DNA of 64,000 bases from a virus. Lineage: Duplodnaviria > Heunggongvirae > Uroviricota > Caudoviricetes. The position numbers and the translations under genes were made by a program. Below are positions 48,838 to 59,240 of this stretch, piece by piece. The notes beneath the pieces are model-generated. The model saw nothing but the letters and a program-made list of their open reading frames with translations, was not told where the DNA came from and searched no databases. Positions within the stretch are counted from its first letter, which is position 1, and each line of letters opens with the position of its first letter. The stretch covers positions 64,001 to 128,000 of IMG/VR virus record IMGVR_UViG_3300037010_001573. One strand, given 5' to 3'.

Positions 48838-50511
48838 TTACACACCAAGTGTATTTAAACCATGAACGAATATTCTACCATAGAATTCTGGTCTTAACAT
48901 TTTCTTAGCGTATCTTGTCATTATTCCTTTTCTTGGTACGAAAGTATTAGGATCGTAAACAAGTGGAGTCATTAATAATGGAACGTAAGGAGCATAAACA
49001 GCACCTGATTCTAAGAATTGAGCACCTTTATAACCAGTTAAAATTACGTTATCACTAAAATATGGATTAACATATACTTTGAAACGTGAGTTTAATGTAC
49101 CAATTTTTTGGCTACCAAAATTAAATACTTTATCTAATTCAGCACCTGCATCAGAAGCATATCCTGGAATAGATTGCATAATAGTTGCTACAGCTGGTGA
49201 TATTACTAAGAAGTTAGCTTGACCACGAAGTGTTTTTTGTAAAATTTTATTACTTACACCTTGAAGAACAGTACCTAAAGTAGCGAACCAAGCACCTTGG
49301 TTATTGTAAAATCCTGTATTTGCTGTAGTTGATGTTTGGGCAAATGAAGAACCATTCCAGAATGTATTATTTTGTGCTGACCAGTATCCAGTTGTTGCTG
49401 CTTCTTCAGTTAACATAGCTAAGATTTCTAAATCGATTTCCATAGCAATATATTGAGAAAGAAGACCTGTTAATTCAGCTTCAGCATCAATGTTTTGGTA
49501 AGCGTTAAGATCCTGAGCCATCTCTGGTGTCCATTGTGCTTTTAATTTTCTTGTTTTAGCAACAATAGCTTCAGATTTCATCTGAATGTTGATAGATGGG
49601 ATCTCAATTTGAGAAGCATTTAATGAGTTAGGTACAGAAACGTCCGTTCTATCAGCTTCAAAATCACCACGAGCAGCAGGAGTTGTTTGTTTATTATAGA
49701 ATAATACTGTAGAAGTACCACCTACGTTAGGAGCAGCATTTGTAATAAATGTTAAACCTGAACCACTTGCATAAGATGTAAATTGAGATAATACGTTTGC
49801 TGGTGTAACACCTGAACCACTAATTGTAAAAGCTGTAGAAGCTAAGTAATCAGCAGAATCAAGAGCAGCTAATTGTGCATCTGCAATTGTTACTCTATAA
49901 AGAGTAGTTGCAGTACCAATAAAACGAGAATCATAGTTTACATAAGGAGCTAATGAATCAGAAGCAGCAGTAGCATAAGAAGCAGTAGTTAATGTTGTTA
50001 CAGAAGCTGAGAATTGGTTCATTGAATAACCATATCTTCCTCTACCATAAAGACCACCAGTTGGATCAACATTAGTAATATCAACATCACTTGCTTGAAC
50101 GTCTGCTAATGAACCGTATAATGATTTACCAGCTTGGAATGGGTTTTTATTATTACCATATTGGAAATCTAGATAAAATACAAGACCAGAAGGCATAGAC
50201 ATTGGTTGTACAGAAACGAAATCTTTAGCTACGATTTCTGCAAATACTCTACGTACTAATGGTAAAGCAATACCAGCCCAGTTTTCACCAGTACCACCTA
50301 ACATTGAATTTTGACCAGATGTTGTGTTAGTTTCAACAACTAATTGTTTAGCTTGGTTTTCAAGAATAACAGCCATGTTGTTCTTTTCAACTTCGCTAGT
50401 AATATTTTTAAGAAGTCCACTTCTTTCCCATTTAGCAGCTGTTTTAGCAGCTTCTGCTTGTTGGCTTTTCCATGGATTTGCTCCTTCTAAAAGCATGTTT
50501 AAATTTTCCAT
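48838..50511 (-). CDS. Major capsid protein (T4 gp23-like)
   Basis: SVQPMSMPSGLVFYL, AKTRKLKAQWTPEMAQDL, EIDLEI, YAPYVPL, TRYA. Confidence 0.96.
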   Translation of the reverse strand: MENLNMLLEGANPWKSQQAEAAKTAAKWERSGLLKNITSEVEKNNMAVILENQAKQLVVETNTTSGQNSMLGGTGENWAGIALPLVRRVFAEIVAKDFVSVQPMSMPSGLVFYLDFQYGNNKNPFQAGKSLYGSLADVQASDVDITNVDPTGGLYGRGRYGYSMNQFSASVTTLTTASYATAASDSLAPYVNYDSRFIGTATTLYRVTIADAQLAALDSADYLASTAFTISGSGVTPANVLSQFTSYASGSGLTFITNAAPNVGGTSTVLFYNKQTTPAARGDFEADRTDVSVPNSLNASQIEIPSINIQMKSEAIVAKTRKLKAQWTPEMAQDLNAYQNIDAEAELTGLLSQYIAMEIDLEILAMLTEEAATTGYWSAQNNTFWNGSSFAQTSTTANTGFYNNQGAWFATLGTVLQGVSNKILQKTLRGQANFLVISPAVATIMQSIPGYASDAGAELDKVFNFGSQKIGTLNSRFKVYVNPYFSDNVILTGYKGAQFLESGAVYAPYVPLLMTPLVYDPNTFVPRKGIMTRYAKKMLRPEFYGRIFVHGLNTLGV

Positions 50512-50529
50512 TGTTTAAATTTTGTTTTT

Positions 50530-51555
50530 TTATTTAATATTTGCTAATTTTTGCATTCTAGTAATGAAATCATTACCTTCTACAATTAACGGTTTTGTTG
50601 CAACACCCGCAGATTTTGAAGCAAAACCTAATGATTCTTTAAGTGGAGATTTTTGAGTAACTGAATTGAATGTTTCAAAAAGTGATTCATATATCAATTT
50701 AGCATCTTTAGCTGTCCCCGCTTTATCGAACGCTCTTACAACTTTTAATTTTTGAGATTCGTTAAGATTTTTAGCTTTGAAAATTTTGTTAACGTATAGT
50801 AATTTAGCATTTAATAAATTTACTTCGTTTAATTCAGTACGTAAAGTATTAACCGTTTCTAAAGCAAGTTTTAAATCTTCTTCGATTTTTTTCTTGTCTT
50901 CATCTTCTACTTTGTTTTTAGCTTCTTCGATTTCATCTTTATCATCGGCCATTAACTCAGCAAGAATAGCGTCTAATTCTTCTTCTAAATTTTCTTCTTC
51001 ACTACCAAAATCCTCACTACCCATATCACCACTTAAATCAACTCCGTCTCCGGTTTCATCTTCATGGTTTTCAATCTCATCTCCAGCACCACCAGTTTCC
51101 TGATCTATAATGCTTTTAATAAGATCTTCTAATTCATCCATTGATAAATCTTTAACTTCTTTTTCGTCTTCGTCTTCGATTTCTTCAGCTTCTTCTGTTT
51201 CTGCTTCAGCATCTTCTGCTTCTTCATCTTCATTTTCTGCTTCATTTAATTCATTGTCTAATTCTGCAAGAATTTCATCAAGATCGATTTCGTCCATACT
51301 GTCAGTATAATCTGTATTATCAGTGAAATCATCAATACTTCTTTCTGTTGTGTCTCCTTCGTAATCCATACCAGTTGTTTCGTCTAATTCTTCTTCGTTT
51401 TCATCATACGCTTCTTTCAGTCTAGCTGAAAACATAGATTGCAACTTAGGAGTAAAAGCTTCTTCAAGAGCAAGTTTGGCTTGTTGTAGAGCAGTTTCAC
51501 GAACAGCTTTAGCATCAGCAATAGCCTCCTTTAAAAGGTCTTTTGTGTTTTTCAT
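50530..51555 (-). CDS. Prohead scaffold protein
   Basis: Highly acidic, coiled-coil, LNEVNLLNAKLLY, RMQKLANI; directly upstream of the capsid gene. Confidence 0.85.
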   Translation of the reverse strand: MKNTKDLLKEAIADAKAVRETALQQAKLALEEAFTPKLQSMFSARLKEAYDENEEELDETTGMDYEGDTTERSIDDFTDNTDYTDSMDEIDLDEILAELDNELNEAENEDEEAEDAEAETEEAEEIEDEDEKEVKDLSMDELEDLIKSIIDQETGGAGDEIENHEDETGDGVDLSGDMGSEDFGSEEENLEEELDAILAELMADDKDEIEEAKNKVEDEDKKKIEEDLKLALETVNTLRTELNEVNLLNAKLLYVNKIFKAKNLNESQKLKVVRAFDKAGTAKDAKLIYESLFETFNSVTQKSPLKESLGFASKSAGVATKPLIVEGNDFITRMQKLANIK

Positions 51556-51676
51556 TTTTGTCCTAAAATTAATTTGTGGAAATAAGCTTATTGAGTAAAA
51601 GCTTAATAGAATTGTTTATATAATGACGAGTTATATGAGATAACTCATTAGTCAAGGATAAATATGTTAGGGAAAA

Positions 51677-51708
51677 CCAAAAATGCATCTCCTGTAAAGG
51701 AAATGCAT
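51677..51708 (-). terminator. Intrinsic terminator
   Basis: ATGCATTTCCT/AGGAGATGCAT stem followed by TTTTGGTTTT on the minus strand. Confidence 0.65.
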
Positions 51709-51731
51709 CATATTTTTGTAAAATATTATTA

Positions 51732-51866
51732 TTATCTACCTTGCCCAGCATAAGATTTATCACTTACATGTTTATTTACATGTTTTGTGTGTTTGCCTGT
51801 CTTTTTAGAACCAAACGTTACTTTGAGACCATTTGAAGATGGTTTAGTGTTTTTAACTTTTGCCAT
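51732..51866 (-). CDS. Small basic peptide (44 aa)
   Basis: Manual translation MAKVKNTKPSSNGLKVTFGSKKTGKHTKHVNKHVSDKSYAGQGR. Confidence 0.65.
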   Translation of the reverse strand: MAKVKNTKPSSNGLKVTFGSKKTGKHTKHVNKHVSDKSYAGQGR

Positions 51867-51868
51867 TA

Positions 51869-52240
51869 TTATTGTAAATTAACTAGTTTGTATTTTGTTG
51901 AATAAAGTAATTCAGCGACATTATCTATTTGATTTTGTAACCAACTATCTGACAATTCTGGTGCTTTTCTTAATGTTTCTACTATAGCGCATATTTTTTC
52001 AAAATATTTCACAATGTTAGAAACATCACAATTGTTATCTATCCCTAAAACTGATTTAAATTGTATTAAACCGTTTTTTCCTTGATATGATTCAACCAAA
52101 CCATCAGTTAAACCTACAATTTCTTCGTAATATCCTTCTAGAGCTTTATGAGCAGCATATGCTCCAGGTCCATTTACTCCTAAGTGGAAAACATGAACTT
52201 GTGTTCTAGAATGAAATAATATTGATGCTAATTCTTCCAT
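51869..52240 (-). CDS. Ferritin/Dps-like four-helix protein
   Basis: HVFHL...AHKALEGYYEEI...DGLVE pattern. Confidence 0.6.
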   Translation of the reverse strand: MEELASILFHSRTQVHVFHLGVNGPGAYAAHKALEGYYEEIVGLTDGLVESYQGKNGLIQFKSVLGIDNNCDVSNIVKYFEKICAIVETLRKAPELSDSWLQNQIDNVAELLYSTKYKLVNLQ

Positions 52241-52242
52241 TT

Positions 52243-52872
52243 TTAATTAGGTAACTCACAAGAACAAAATCCTGCTCGATTACATAAAATTTCTGTTATT
52301 AATTCGTTTATCTTATTCAATTTTGTTTGTTCTTGGTGGTATGGGTTAAGAGATTCGTTTACTATCTCCATAAAAGCACCTTGTGTTGATGGTGTTGATA
52401 CAAAATCCCAACATACAATATCTAAATCATCTTGTACTTCAACTGTTTCTCCTATTTGTTTTACGGATCCCATAGCACGTGATGAAATACCAACAGTAAT
52501 TCCAGCTAAAAGTAAAGCTTTTAATATGTTTCCAGAAGGTGTTGGTAATATTTCAATCTTACCTTTAACATCATCTCCTTCCCACCATAAATCTAAAATA
52601 TTGTGGCCTACATTTTTTAAATTAATGATAGGTGATTCAGGATGATCCAACTCACCCAAAGCTCTATTTTCTTTAATATATGTTCCTTTATATTTTTCAA
52701 TTTCACGTTCAAGAGTATCTTTAGGGTACACACGACCATTACCATTTTTGGTATCGGCTCTTTGTACTATACCCTCAACTATAAGGCGACCATTATTATT
52801 CCTAGCCGATTCTTGAAGTAATTGAGGAGTTATTGAAAGAGTAGATATACGCTCTATTAATAATTCTTTCAT
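52243..52872 (-). CDS. Prohead protease (gp21-like)
   Basis: NGNGRVYP, ALGELDHP, GISSRAMGS, WDFVSTPS. Confidence 0.95.
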   Translation of the reverse strand: MKELLIERISTLSITPQLLQESARNNNGRLIVEGIVQRADTKNGNGRVYPKDTLEREIEKYKGTYIKENRALGELDHPESPIINLKNVGHNILDLWWEGDDVKGKIEILPTPSGNILKALLLAGITVGISSRAMGSVKQIGETVEVQDDLDIVCWDFVSTPSTQGAFMEIVNESLNPYHQEQTKLNKINELITEILCNRAGFCSCELPN

Positions 52873-53714
52873 TATTTTTTATTTTTTTCAGCTAATACTT
52901 CTTTAAGCAATTTTTCAACTACTTTATTTAATTTTTGTTCAATTCCTTCTTTATGAAGTACTTTATTTAAAATAGAACCAGCAACACGTTGTCCCGCTTC
53001 TTTAGAACCATATTCTTTCGCCCCAGCTTTAGCAACAGCAGCAAACCCAGATTTTCCAGATACGTTTTTCTTACCAATATCAGTACCTTTTTTAAAACGA
53101 GCTTCATCCAGATCAACTTTCATTAATTTTGCAAATTTAATACGACCCTGACCATGTAGTGTTTTTACTTTTTCTTTTAATTTAGATAATGCTTCTTTCC
53201 CTTTAGCTTTAAGAAAGGCCTTTAATTCAGTTGAATCGTCTGTATCCAAACAACGTTTCAATATATTATCTAATTCATCTTCATTAAGTTGTAAGGCCTC
53301 CTTAACTATTTTAACTTTTTTCATTTCGTTTTTAGTATCTTTGTCTTTAATAGGTTCTAAACCATCCGAAGTGTTCTTAACTTTTTTATTTACTTTATTT
53401 TTAGGAATATCAGTTAATGTAGTTGCAGGATACACACCATTTTGTTCATCTATTTCAGGAGATTGTTCAACTTTTTTATATTTAGTTTTAGAATCAGGAG
53501 TTGGTGACTCATAAGTTGGTTCTTTATCAGGAGTACCTTTAACAGCATCACTTTCCGTTAACATACCATGTTGTTTTAGAATACTTACTGAATCTTGTAA
53601 AGAATTTTGAGTTGTTACTAGATTAGGGAACATTGTTCTCACATTTCTTAGAAACTGTGATTGTTCCATTTTACCTTCCTTAAGGTCTTGATATTGTCCA
53701 CTAATGTTTTTCAT
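52872..53714 (-). CDS. Hypothetical head-module protein
   Basis: Charged, low complexity; in the portal-protease operon. Confidence 0.65.
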   Translation of the reverse strand: MKNISGQYQDLKEGKMEQSQFLRNVRTMFPNLVTTQNSLQDSVSILKQHGMLTESDAVKGTPDKEPTYESPTPDSKTKYKKVEQSPEIDEQNGVYPATTLTDIPKNKVNKKVKNTSDGLEPIKDKDTKNEMKKVKIVKEALQLNEDELDNILKRCLDTDDSTELKAFLKAKGKEALSKLKEKVKTLHGQGRIKFAKLMKVDLDEARFKKGTDIGKKNVSGKSGFAAVAKAGAKEYGSKEAGQRVAGSILNKVLHKEGIEQKLNKVVEKLLKEVLAEKNKK

Positions 53715-54211
53715 TATTCTTTAGTATTTTCTTTATTTCCTGTTAATTTTTCTAAAATACTTGTTAAAGTATCTTTCATTTCTTCAGTATTATGAACAAC
53801 AGCAAATGAGTTTGGATTATCTTTATAATATTTTTCAGTTTCTTTTTTAGCTTTAGGTAAAGCCATTTTAATCTTAGAAGCTAGTTCAATAAGATCAGCA
53901 AAAGAATCAATTCTATTTTTATGAAGTTCTTCTCTTTCTTTGGCTTTTTTAGGATCTTCTTCTTTTTCTTCAGCTAAATTGGATAATATATCTTCGAGTT
54001 GTAATGAATCTTGTTCTGTTTGTAATACTTTCCCATAAGTTTCTTTTAGATTTCGGTATCCTTTCATTAATTCTCCAATATCTGTCTTATGAGCATCACC
54101 AGTACCACCACCTTTTTTAGCTTCAGCCGCTCTATATTTAATTTCTTCTCCTAAAGTATCTAACTTTTTCTTAAGTTGGTCTTTAGTTAATTTTGGTTTT
54201 TCATTTGTCAT
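53714..54211 (-). CDS. Hypothetical head-module protein
   Basis: Charged helical ORF. Confidence 0.65.
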   Translation of the reverse strand: MTNEKPKLTKDQLKKKLDTLGEEIKYRAAEAKKGGGTGDAHKTDIGELMKGYRNLKETYGKVLQTEQDSLQLEDILSNLAEEKEEDPKKAKEREELHKNRIDSFADLIELASKIKMALPKAKKETEKYYKDNPNSFAVVHNTEEMKDTLTSILEKLTGNKENTKE

Positions 54212-54807
54212 TGTGATAGTTTTTGTATATTTTCTGCTAAATTGTTTAGTCTTTCAGATAAAGCATCTAATTCATCCATTTTAGATTCCCAAAAAAAATG
54301 CTTTTTAACAGTATTTTCAGTTTTTAATCTATTAGAATATTCAACAACCTTTTCAATTTCTGAAATATGTTTTTTTACTTCTTTCAAAGCTCGTGTTATT
54401 TTTCTTTCTGGTGCTATTTGAGAAACATTTTCATTAAAACGACGATATGATATTTCATTTAATATTTCGTGTTTTATTTCTTCTTTAAATTGCATGATAT
54501 CAAATGTTTTATGTTTTTTACTGTTTTTTACTTTAGTAAAACCATCTTTAATATATGAGTCGATGTTTGTTTTTCCTAAAAAATATTTAGATGTATATTC
54601 ACCACCAGAAGCCGTAGTACCAGTACCTCCCTCTTCAGATAATATTTTTATCTCACCGTCTTTATTATATATGTTAGAAGCTTTAGTACGACCATTCCCA
54701 GCATTGTAAATAACACTATAATATGTTCTACCTATTTGATCAATACCAACAAAAATTATCTCACCTGGGTGTCCTAAATAAGTTACTTTATCTCCTTTTT
54801 TAAACAT
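54208..54807 (-). CDS. Hypothetical head-module protein
   Basis: ORF in the portal-protease operon. Confidence 0.65.
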   Translation of the reverse strand: MFKKGDKVTYLGHPGEIIFVGIDQIGRTYYSVIYNAGNGRTKASNIYNKDGEIKILSEEGGTGTTASGGEYTSKYFLGKTNIDSYIKDGFTKVKNSKKHKTFDIMQFKEEIKHEILNEISYRRFNENVSQIAPERKITRALKEVKKHISEIEKVVEYSNRLKTENTVKKHFFWESKMDELDALSERLNNLAENIQKLSQ

Positions 54808-54808
54808 A

Positions 54809-55660
54809 TTATAATGATTTTATCTCATGTATTAATTCATGAAATTGAAGTATGTTTAGGATGTCTTCGTCCTTTACATTTTCATGTTTATCTAAAGGTT
54901 TTATTATAGAAGATAATTCTTGTAATTTAATTTGAGTTCGTTTATCTTTTACTTTAACTTGAAGTAAATCTATTGATTTTTTAATACCCGATAGATTTTG
55001 ATTTATAAATTCTTTTAAAGAAACAGTATTTGATATTTTATTGATATATACCTTTAATACTTCACGTTGTTCTGGTATTAAATCAGCATATTTAGTATTA
55101 AATTTTTCAATCATTATTTGTGAAATCATAGCACGTGTAGCTTTATCTTGAGAAGAATATTCAGCCATTACTTGATTTTCTACTTTATCTTTATCTATAT
55201 CTTGTTTTGTTAAGAATTCAAGTAAAGTTACTTTATTATCAATAATAAAAGAAGGATCAACAAATTCCAAAGTAGTTTGCGCTTCAATTAGATTATAAAC
55301 AGAAGCATATGCTTTGTAATTATGAATCTTCGCTTGAAAAAATTCTTCTAAATCATAATGGCTTTTTATTTCTTTAATTAAGTTATATTTCTCTTTACGC
55401 AATACCGTTCGATTTAAACGTTCAGACAGTTTAATAGTAGAGTTAATAATACTCTCAGCCTTAACTTCATTTAATGAAGTTGCTTTTGTTAATGCCTGGT
55501 ATATTTTATACTCTTTCGCTAATTCTCCTTTAGAAAAATATTTTTTTACAATACCAACAGCAGCAGAGTCTTTATTAGACATTATATCTGCTGTTATCTG
55601 TCTTGTAAGAAGTTCAAAGAGTATACCAGAATTCTTGAATTTATTATGTTTCAATTTCAC
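54809..55660 (-). CDS. Conserved hypothetical head-module protein
   Basis: KHNKFKNSGILFELLTRQI; GTG start preceded by an ATATTTAT motif. Confidence 0.7.
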   Translation of the reverse strand: MKLKHNKFKNSGILFELLTRQITADIMSNKDSAAVGIVKKYFSKGELAKEYKIYQALTKATSLNEVKAESIINSTIKLSERLNRTVLRKEKYNLIKEIKSHYDLEEFFQAKIHNYKAYASVYNLIEAQTTLEFVDPSFIIDNKVTLLEFLTKQDIDKDKVENQVMAEYSSQDKATRAMISQIMIEKFNTKYADLIPEQREVLKVYINKISNTVSLKEFINQNLSGIKKSIDLLQVKVKDKRTQIKLQELSSIIKPLDKHENVKDEDILNILQFHELIHEIKSL

Positions 55661-55694
55661 AATATTAATTTACTAGTTATAAATATGTATTTTA

Positions 55695-57557
55695 TTATAT
55701 ATCTTTAATATTATTTTCATCCAGCAATGAAGAACCTGTATTTTCGTCATCAAAAACATTAGATTTTTTAAACATCTCTTGAAGCATTTGTTTATTTTGT
55801 AACCACACTGCTCTTGTACTTTCAATAGCTAATGGAGAACCACCATGAGGCTCAGGAGCATGTATTGTATCTGGTTTGATATCGATACCTTTTCCTAATG
55901 GGTCTTTCCCTAAAACACGTTTTTGAGTATTATATATTGATGTTTTTTCCTGTGGTCTTCCTAATGGTTCAGCTTCATTATAAGCTGGTGGAACACCAAC
56001 ATCATTTCTTCCTTTACCATATAATGATGCTAAGTCATGAGGCGTACCATAAGATTGACCACTTACAACCGGGTCATTTCCTTCATTTTCGATTTGAGAT
56101 AATCTAAATTGACGTTTTTTATCTTCTACTACTAAATCCCGCATATCACTATACTTGTCTTCACTCATATGGAAAATATAATCATATATAAAGTCAGTAG
56201 GGAATAAACTAGCATCCATTATTTGTTTAGCTAAATCTACTTTTTCCTTCATCAAAGCTACTCTTTCCTGATCGTAAACAATAGAGGGAGTAGTTAATTC
56301 TAATTCAAAATTAGTTAAATTTTCATCATTAAAACCTTGAGCATATAAATGGACTAAAGCTATTTTTGTTAATTCAGAAACAACAATACGTTGAATACGC
56401 TCGATTGTACGAGCAAAACGAATATCTTGTTGAGCTAAAGTTGATTTACCTTCTACATCAGCCTCATATCCTAAAAACGCTTTAGGTACTTTTAAAGCTG
56501 ATAGCATTTTATCTCTTAAATAAACAACATCTTCTATAGCATTGTATTCTAAACCAGGTAAAGTATCAATTTGAGTAGAAGTATTTCCCCCTCTTCTAGG
56601 TACCCAAAAATCTTCATTTACACTCATCATGTTATATCGAAGATTGTATTCCCCTGTTTTAGGATCCACAAATGGAGTACGTTGAGTTTGATTTTTAAGT
56701 TTTTCCATATATGCAGGTATCTCATTTGGTGGGATATTACCTGTATCTACATAATACACTCTACGTTGCGGTGCCCTTAATATACGGTGAATTAACATAG
56801 CATCTTCCATCAATGCTAATTGTTTAAAAATTTTACGAGCAGGTTCAATATAACTTCTCCCATATGGTAGGAAATTATAATCACCTAATAATCTAAAATT
56901 AGCTACTTCATAATTTTGAAATACTAAATCATTCCTATCAGTTGGGCCTAATACACCCGTGTATGAAGCATTTGGTTCTACTCTAAATTGAACATATGAT
57001 GGGTTTTTAGGATCTAAACCTTCTTCTCTTAAAACATTATATACATTAAGAGGAATTACTTGATAAACCCCATATTTTTCAGCTATATGTAAATGTAAAT
57101 AAAAATCTCCATATTTACACATTGAGCGAATCCACCCCCATAAATTAAATTCAATGTTCAGAACATCGTAAAATAAATTATATAAAATGCGTTGTATATT
57201 TTCGTCAGATGATTTAATAGCTAAAACTTCACCAGCGCCGTTTTTTAAAGTAGATTCATCAGCAACTATATCTAGTGTAGAAGCAATAATAGGATCACCA
57301 TCCATTACTTCATAATCATTATATAATTGTGGTCGTAATACTGTAAAATTAGAATAAGGTGCATTACCTACATAAGTTCCTAACCCTCCAGTATAAATTC
57401 GTTGATAACGTTCAGGGTACATATTTGTTTGTACAGCTCCAGAAGCCTGGATGTGATCGCTATCTATAACTTTAATTTGACTTCCTCCAACATTTCTAAT
57501 AATAACGTCGTTTGAGAATAATCGTTTTAATCTACCAAATAAAGATGTATCTATCAT
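55695..57557 (-). CDS. Portal protein (T4 gp20-like)
   Basis: YGRSYIEPARK, LMEDAMLIHR...RAPQRRVYYVDTGN, EDFWVPRRGG, ALKVPKAFL. Confidence 0.96.
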   Translation of the reverse strand: MIDTSLFGRLKRLFSNDVIIRNVGGSQIKVIDSDHIQASGAVQTNMYPERYQRIYTGGLGTYVGNAPYSNFTVLRPQLYNDYEVMDGDPIIASTLDIVADESTLKNGAGEVLAIKSSDENIQRILYNLFYDVLNIEFNLWGWIRSMCKYGDFYLHLHIAEKYGVYQVIPLNVYNVLREEGLDPKNPSYVQFRVEPNASYTGVLGPTDRNDLVFQNYEVANFRLLGDYNFLPYGRSYIEPARKIFKQLALMEDAMLIHRILRAPQRRVYYVDTGNIPPNEIPAYMEKLKNQTQRTPFVDPKTGEYNLRYNMMSVNEDFWVPRRGGNTSTQIDTLPGLEYNAIEDVVYLRDKMLSALKVPKAFLGYEADVEGKSTLAQQDIRFARTIERIQRIVVSELTKIALVHLYAQGFNDENLTNFELELTTPSIVYDQERVALMKEKVDLAKQIMDASLFPTDFIYDYIFHMSEDKYSDMRDLVVEDKKRQFRLSQIENEGNDPVVSGQSYGTPHDLASLYGKGRNDVGVPPAYNEAEPLGRPQEKTSIYNTQKRVLGKDPLGKGIDIKPDTIHAPEPHGGSPLAIESTRAVWLQNKQMLQEMFKKSNVFDDENTGSSLLDENNIKDI

Positions 57558-57561
57558 ATTT

Positions 57562-57570
57562 ATAAATATT
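57562..57570 (-). promoter_or_regulatory. Putative late promoter AATATTTAT (example; recurs before many structural and lysis genes)
   Basis: Same ATATTTAT core at 3796, 10850, 32300, 34657, 35699, 37089, 39331, 42767, 46747, 48778, 51658, 55679, 59167, 59706, 63992. Confidence 0.7.
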
Positions 57571-59154
57571 TTAACCTAATAACCAAGTAATATCTTCATT
57601 ACCATGATCCGAAGGCATTTGCCAGGCTGTGTTATTGTTATAGCCCCTGGCTAGCATTGGGTTATACGTTCCTACATCTATAGAAAACGCACTTAAATTT
57701 GCTTTATCTGATTCTATACCTGATTTTCTAAATCTTAAAGCTGTATCTCTTAAATACAAACCTATACCATAAGACATTACTAAATCATCATTATAACCAT
57801 CTTGAGCTTGTGCTTTGCTATTTTTCCAAATAAACACCTTCATTTCTTCTACTAAACGTTTTGAACGAATAATACAAACTCTTTCACGTGTGTACTCTCT
57901 AAATTTTTCAATAATCAAAGGACGTGTTTTAACAGATGTTGTAAAACCAGCTACTAAACTATCTAAATTTTCAGACCGTCTACTCCATTGATCCGAAGTA
58001 TATGCTTCAGTTTTGGGAGAATAATATAGATTTTTATATCCTCTGTCTATTGCTGTTTGTACAGTGTCCCAACCAACATTAGCGTTTTCAATAGCTAACA
58101 AACCATCATTGTATTCAGATGCTAATCCTACTAATAAATGTCCATAATCTCTGGTTCCAATTTGTCCTCTATACTCAGCCACTTGTGTTGAAGTTTCAAC
58201 ATCAAAAACATGACATGCCGAATAATCTTTCCCATCACCTCTAGCAACATCCGCTGTTATTAGATAAGATTTATTATAGTCTGGTTGTTCCCAAATCCAT
58301 AAATTACCATCTATACCTCTTTTTTCAATAGGTTGCATGATATTAGCTTCATACCAATCCATAATTTCAGGTTCAAATACAGTATCCCCAGATGTATTAA
58401 AATCACAATCACATTCTTGAGCGGCTAGTCTAAGTCCTAAATCAGAATCTTGCGTATCTCTCCATGATTGGCTTCTTTCAGGATGTACATCCCATTTTAA
58501 CCTAATAGGAACAAAGGAGTTATCAGATGTTTCTGCTTTTTGCCATGTTTTATGAAACCAATTTCCAGTACCATTGGGTGTTGATAATGCAATACAACCA
58601 CCACCCGTTGCTAATGTTTGTTGAGCAGAAGCAAATATTTCATCTATACTATCAATAAAAGCAGCCTCATCTATGATAAGTAAAGATACAGCTTCTGAAC
58701 GACCAGCATCACCTGCTGCTGAAACTGCTTTTACTTGAGAACCATTTGGTAATTTAAGTAGAAGCTTGTTGTTCTCCAAGGGTTTTTCATTTCCTTTTAA
58801 CCAAGAAGGTAAATTATCGTACATAAATCGTACTTTAGTAACCATATTCTTAGCTGTATCTTGTTTTGTGGCAATACAAAGTATATTTTTATCTTTATGG
58901 AATAACATTAACCAAATAGAAAAACCAGCTACCAAAGTAGATATCCCAAGCTGTCTTGATTTTAAAACAATATTGTAGTTATTTTTCTGAAATTGGTGTA
59001 ATACACCTTCCTGAAAATGGTATAGATTGAAGGAAATCCTACCACGAGTAGGATGTTGAATCATACAATATTTTTTCATAAAATGTGCAGGATCCGTCAT
59101 GCATTTTAGGTATTCCTGCTTTATAATTTCTTTTATATCGGGTTGGTTACTCAT
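57571..59154 (-). CDS. Terminase large subunit (gp17-like)
   Basis: KSRQLGIST, IIDEAAF, STPNG, ADVARG, NDDLVMS. Confidence 0.96.
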   Translation of the reverse strand: MSNQPDIKEIIKQEYLKCMTDPAHFMKKYCMIQHPTRGRISFNLYHFQEGVLHQFQKNNYNIVLKSRQLGISTLVAGFSIWLMLFHKDKNILCIATKQDTAKNMVTKVRFMYDNLPSWLKGNEKPLENNKLLLKLPNGSQVKAVSAAGDAGRSEAVSLLIIDEAAFIDSIDEIFASAQQTLATGGGCIALSTPNGTGNWFHKTWQKAETSDNSFVPIRLKWDVHPERSQSWRDTQDSDLGLRLAAQECDCDFNTSGDTVFEPEIMDWYEANIMQPIEKRGIDGNLWIWEQPDYNKSYLITADVARGDGKDYSACHVFDVETSTQVAEYRGQIGTRDYGHLLVGLASEYNDGLLAIENANVGWDTVQTAIDRGYKNLYYSPKTEAYTSDQWSRRSENLDSLVAGFTTSVKTRPLIIEKFREYTRERVCIIRSKRLVEEMKVFIWKNSKAQAQDGYNDDLVMSYGIGLYLRDTALRFRKSGIESDKANLSAFSIDVGTYNPMLARGYNNNTAWQMPSDHGNEDITWLLG

Positions 59155-59187
59155 ATATTTTTATATATAAATATTACCTTACATACA

Positions 59188-59219
59188 AGAAAGGCCTAAC
59201 TTAATAAGTTGGCCTTTTT
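59188..59219. terminator. Intrinsic terminator-like hairpin
   Basis: AAGGCC(T)AACTTA/TAAGTTGGCCTT with flanking A and T runs. Confidence 0.65.
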
Positions 59220-59240
59220 ATAATAAATAAAAATATAATA

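Noticed and set aside
51569-51763. 64-aa ORF upstream of the scaffold
   Set aside because: TTG start; overlaps a better 44-aa ORF, a terminator, a promoter motif and a structured leader
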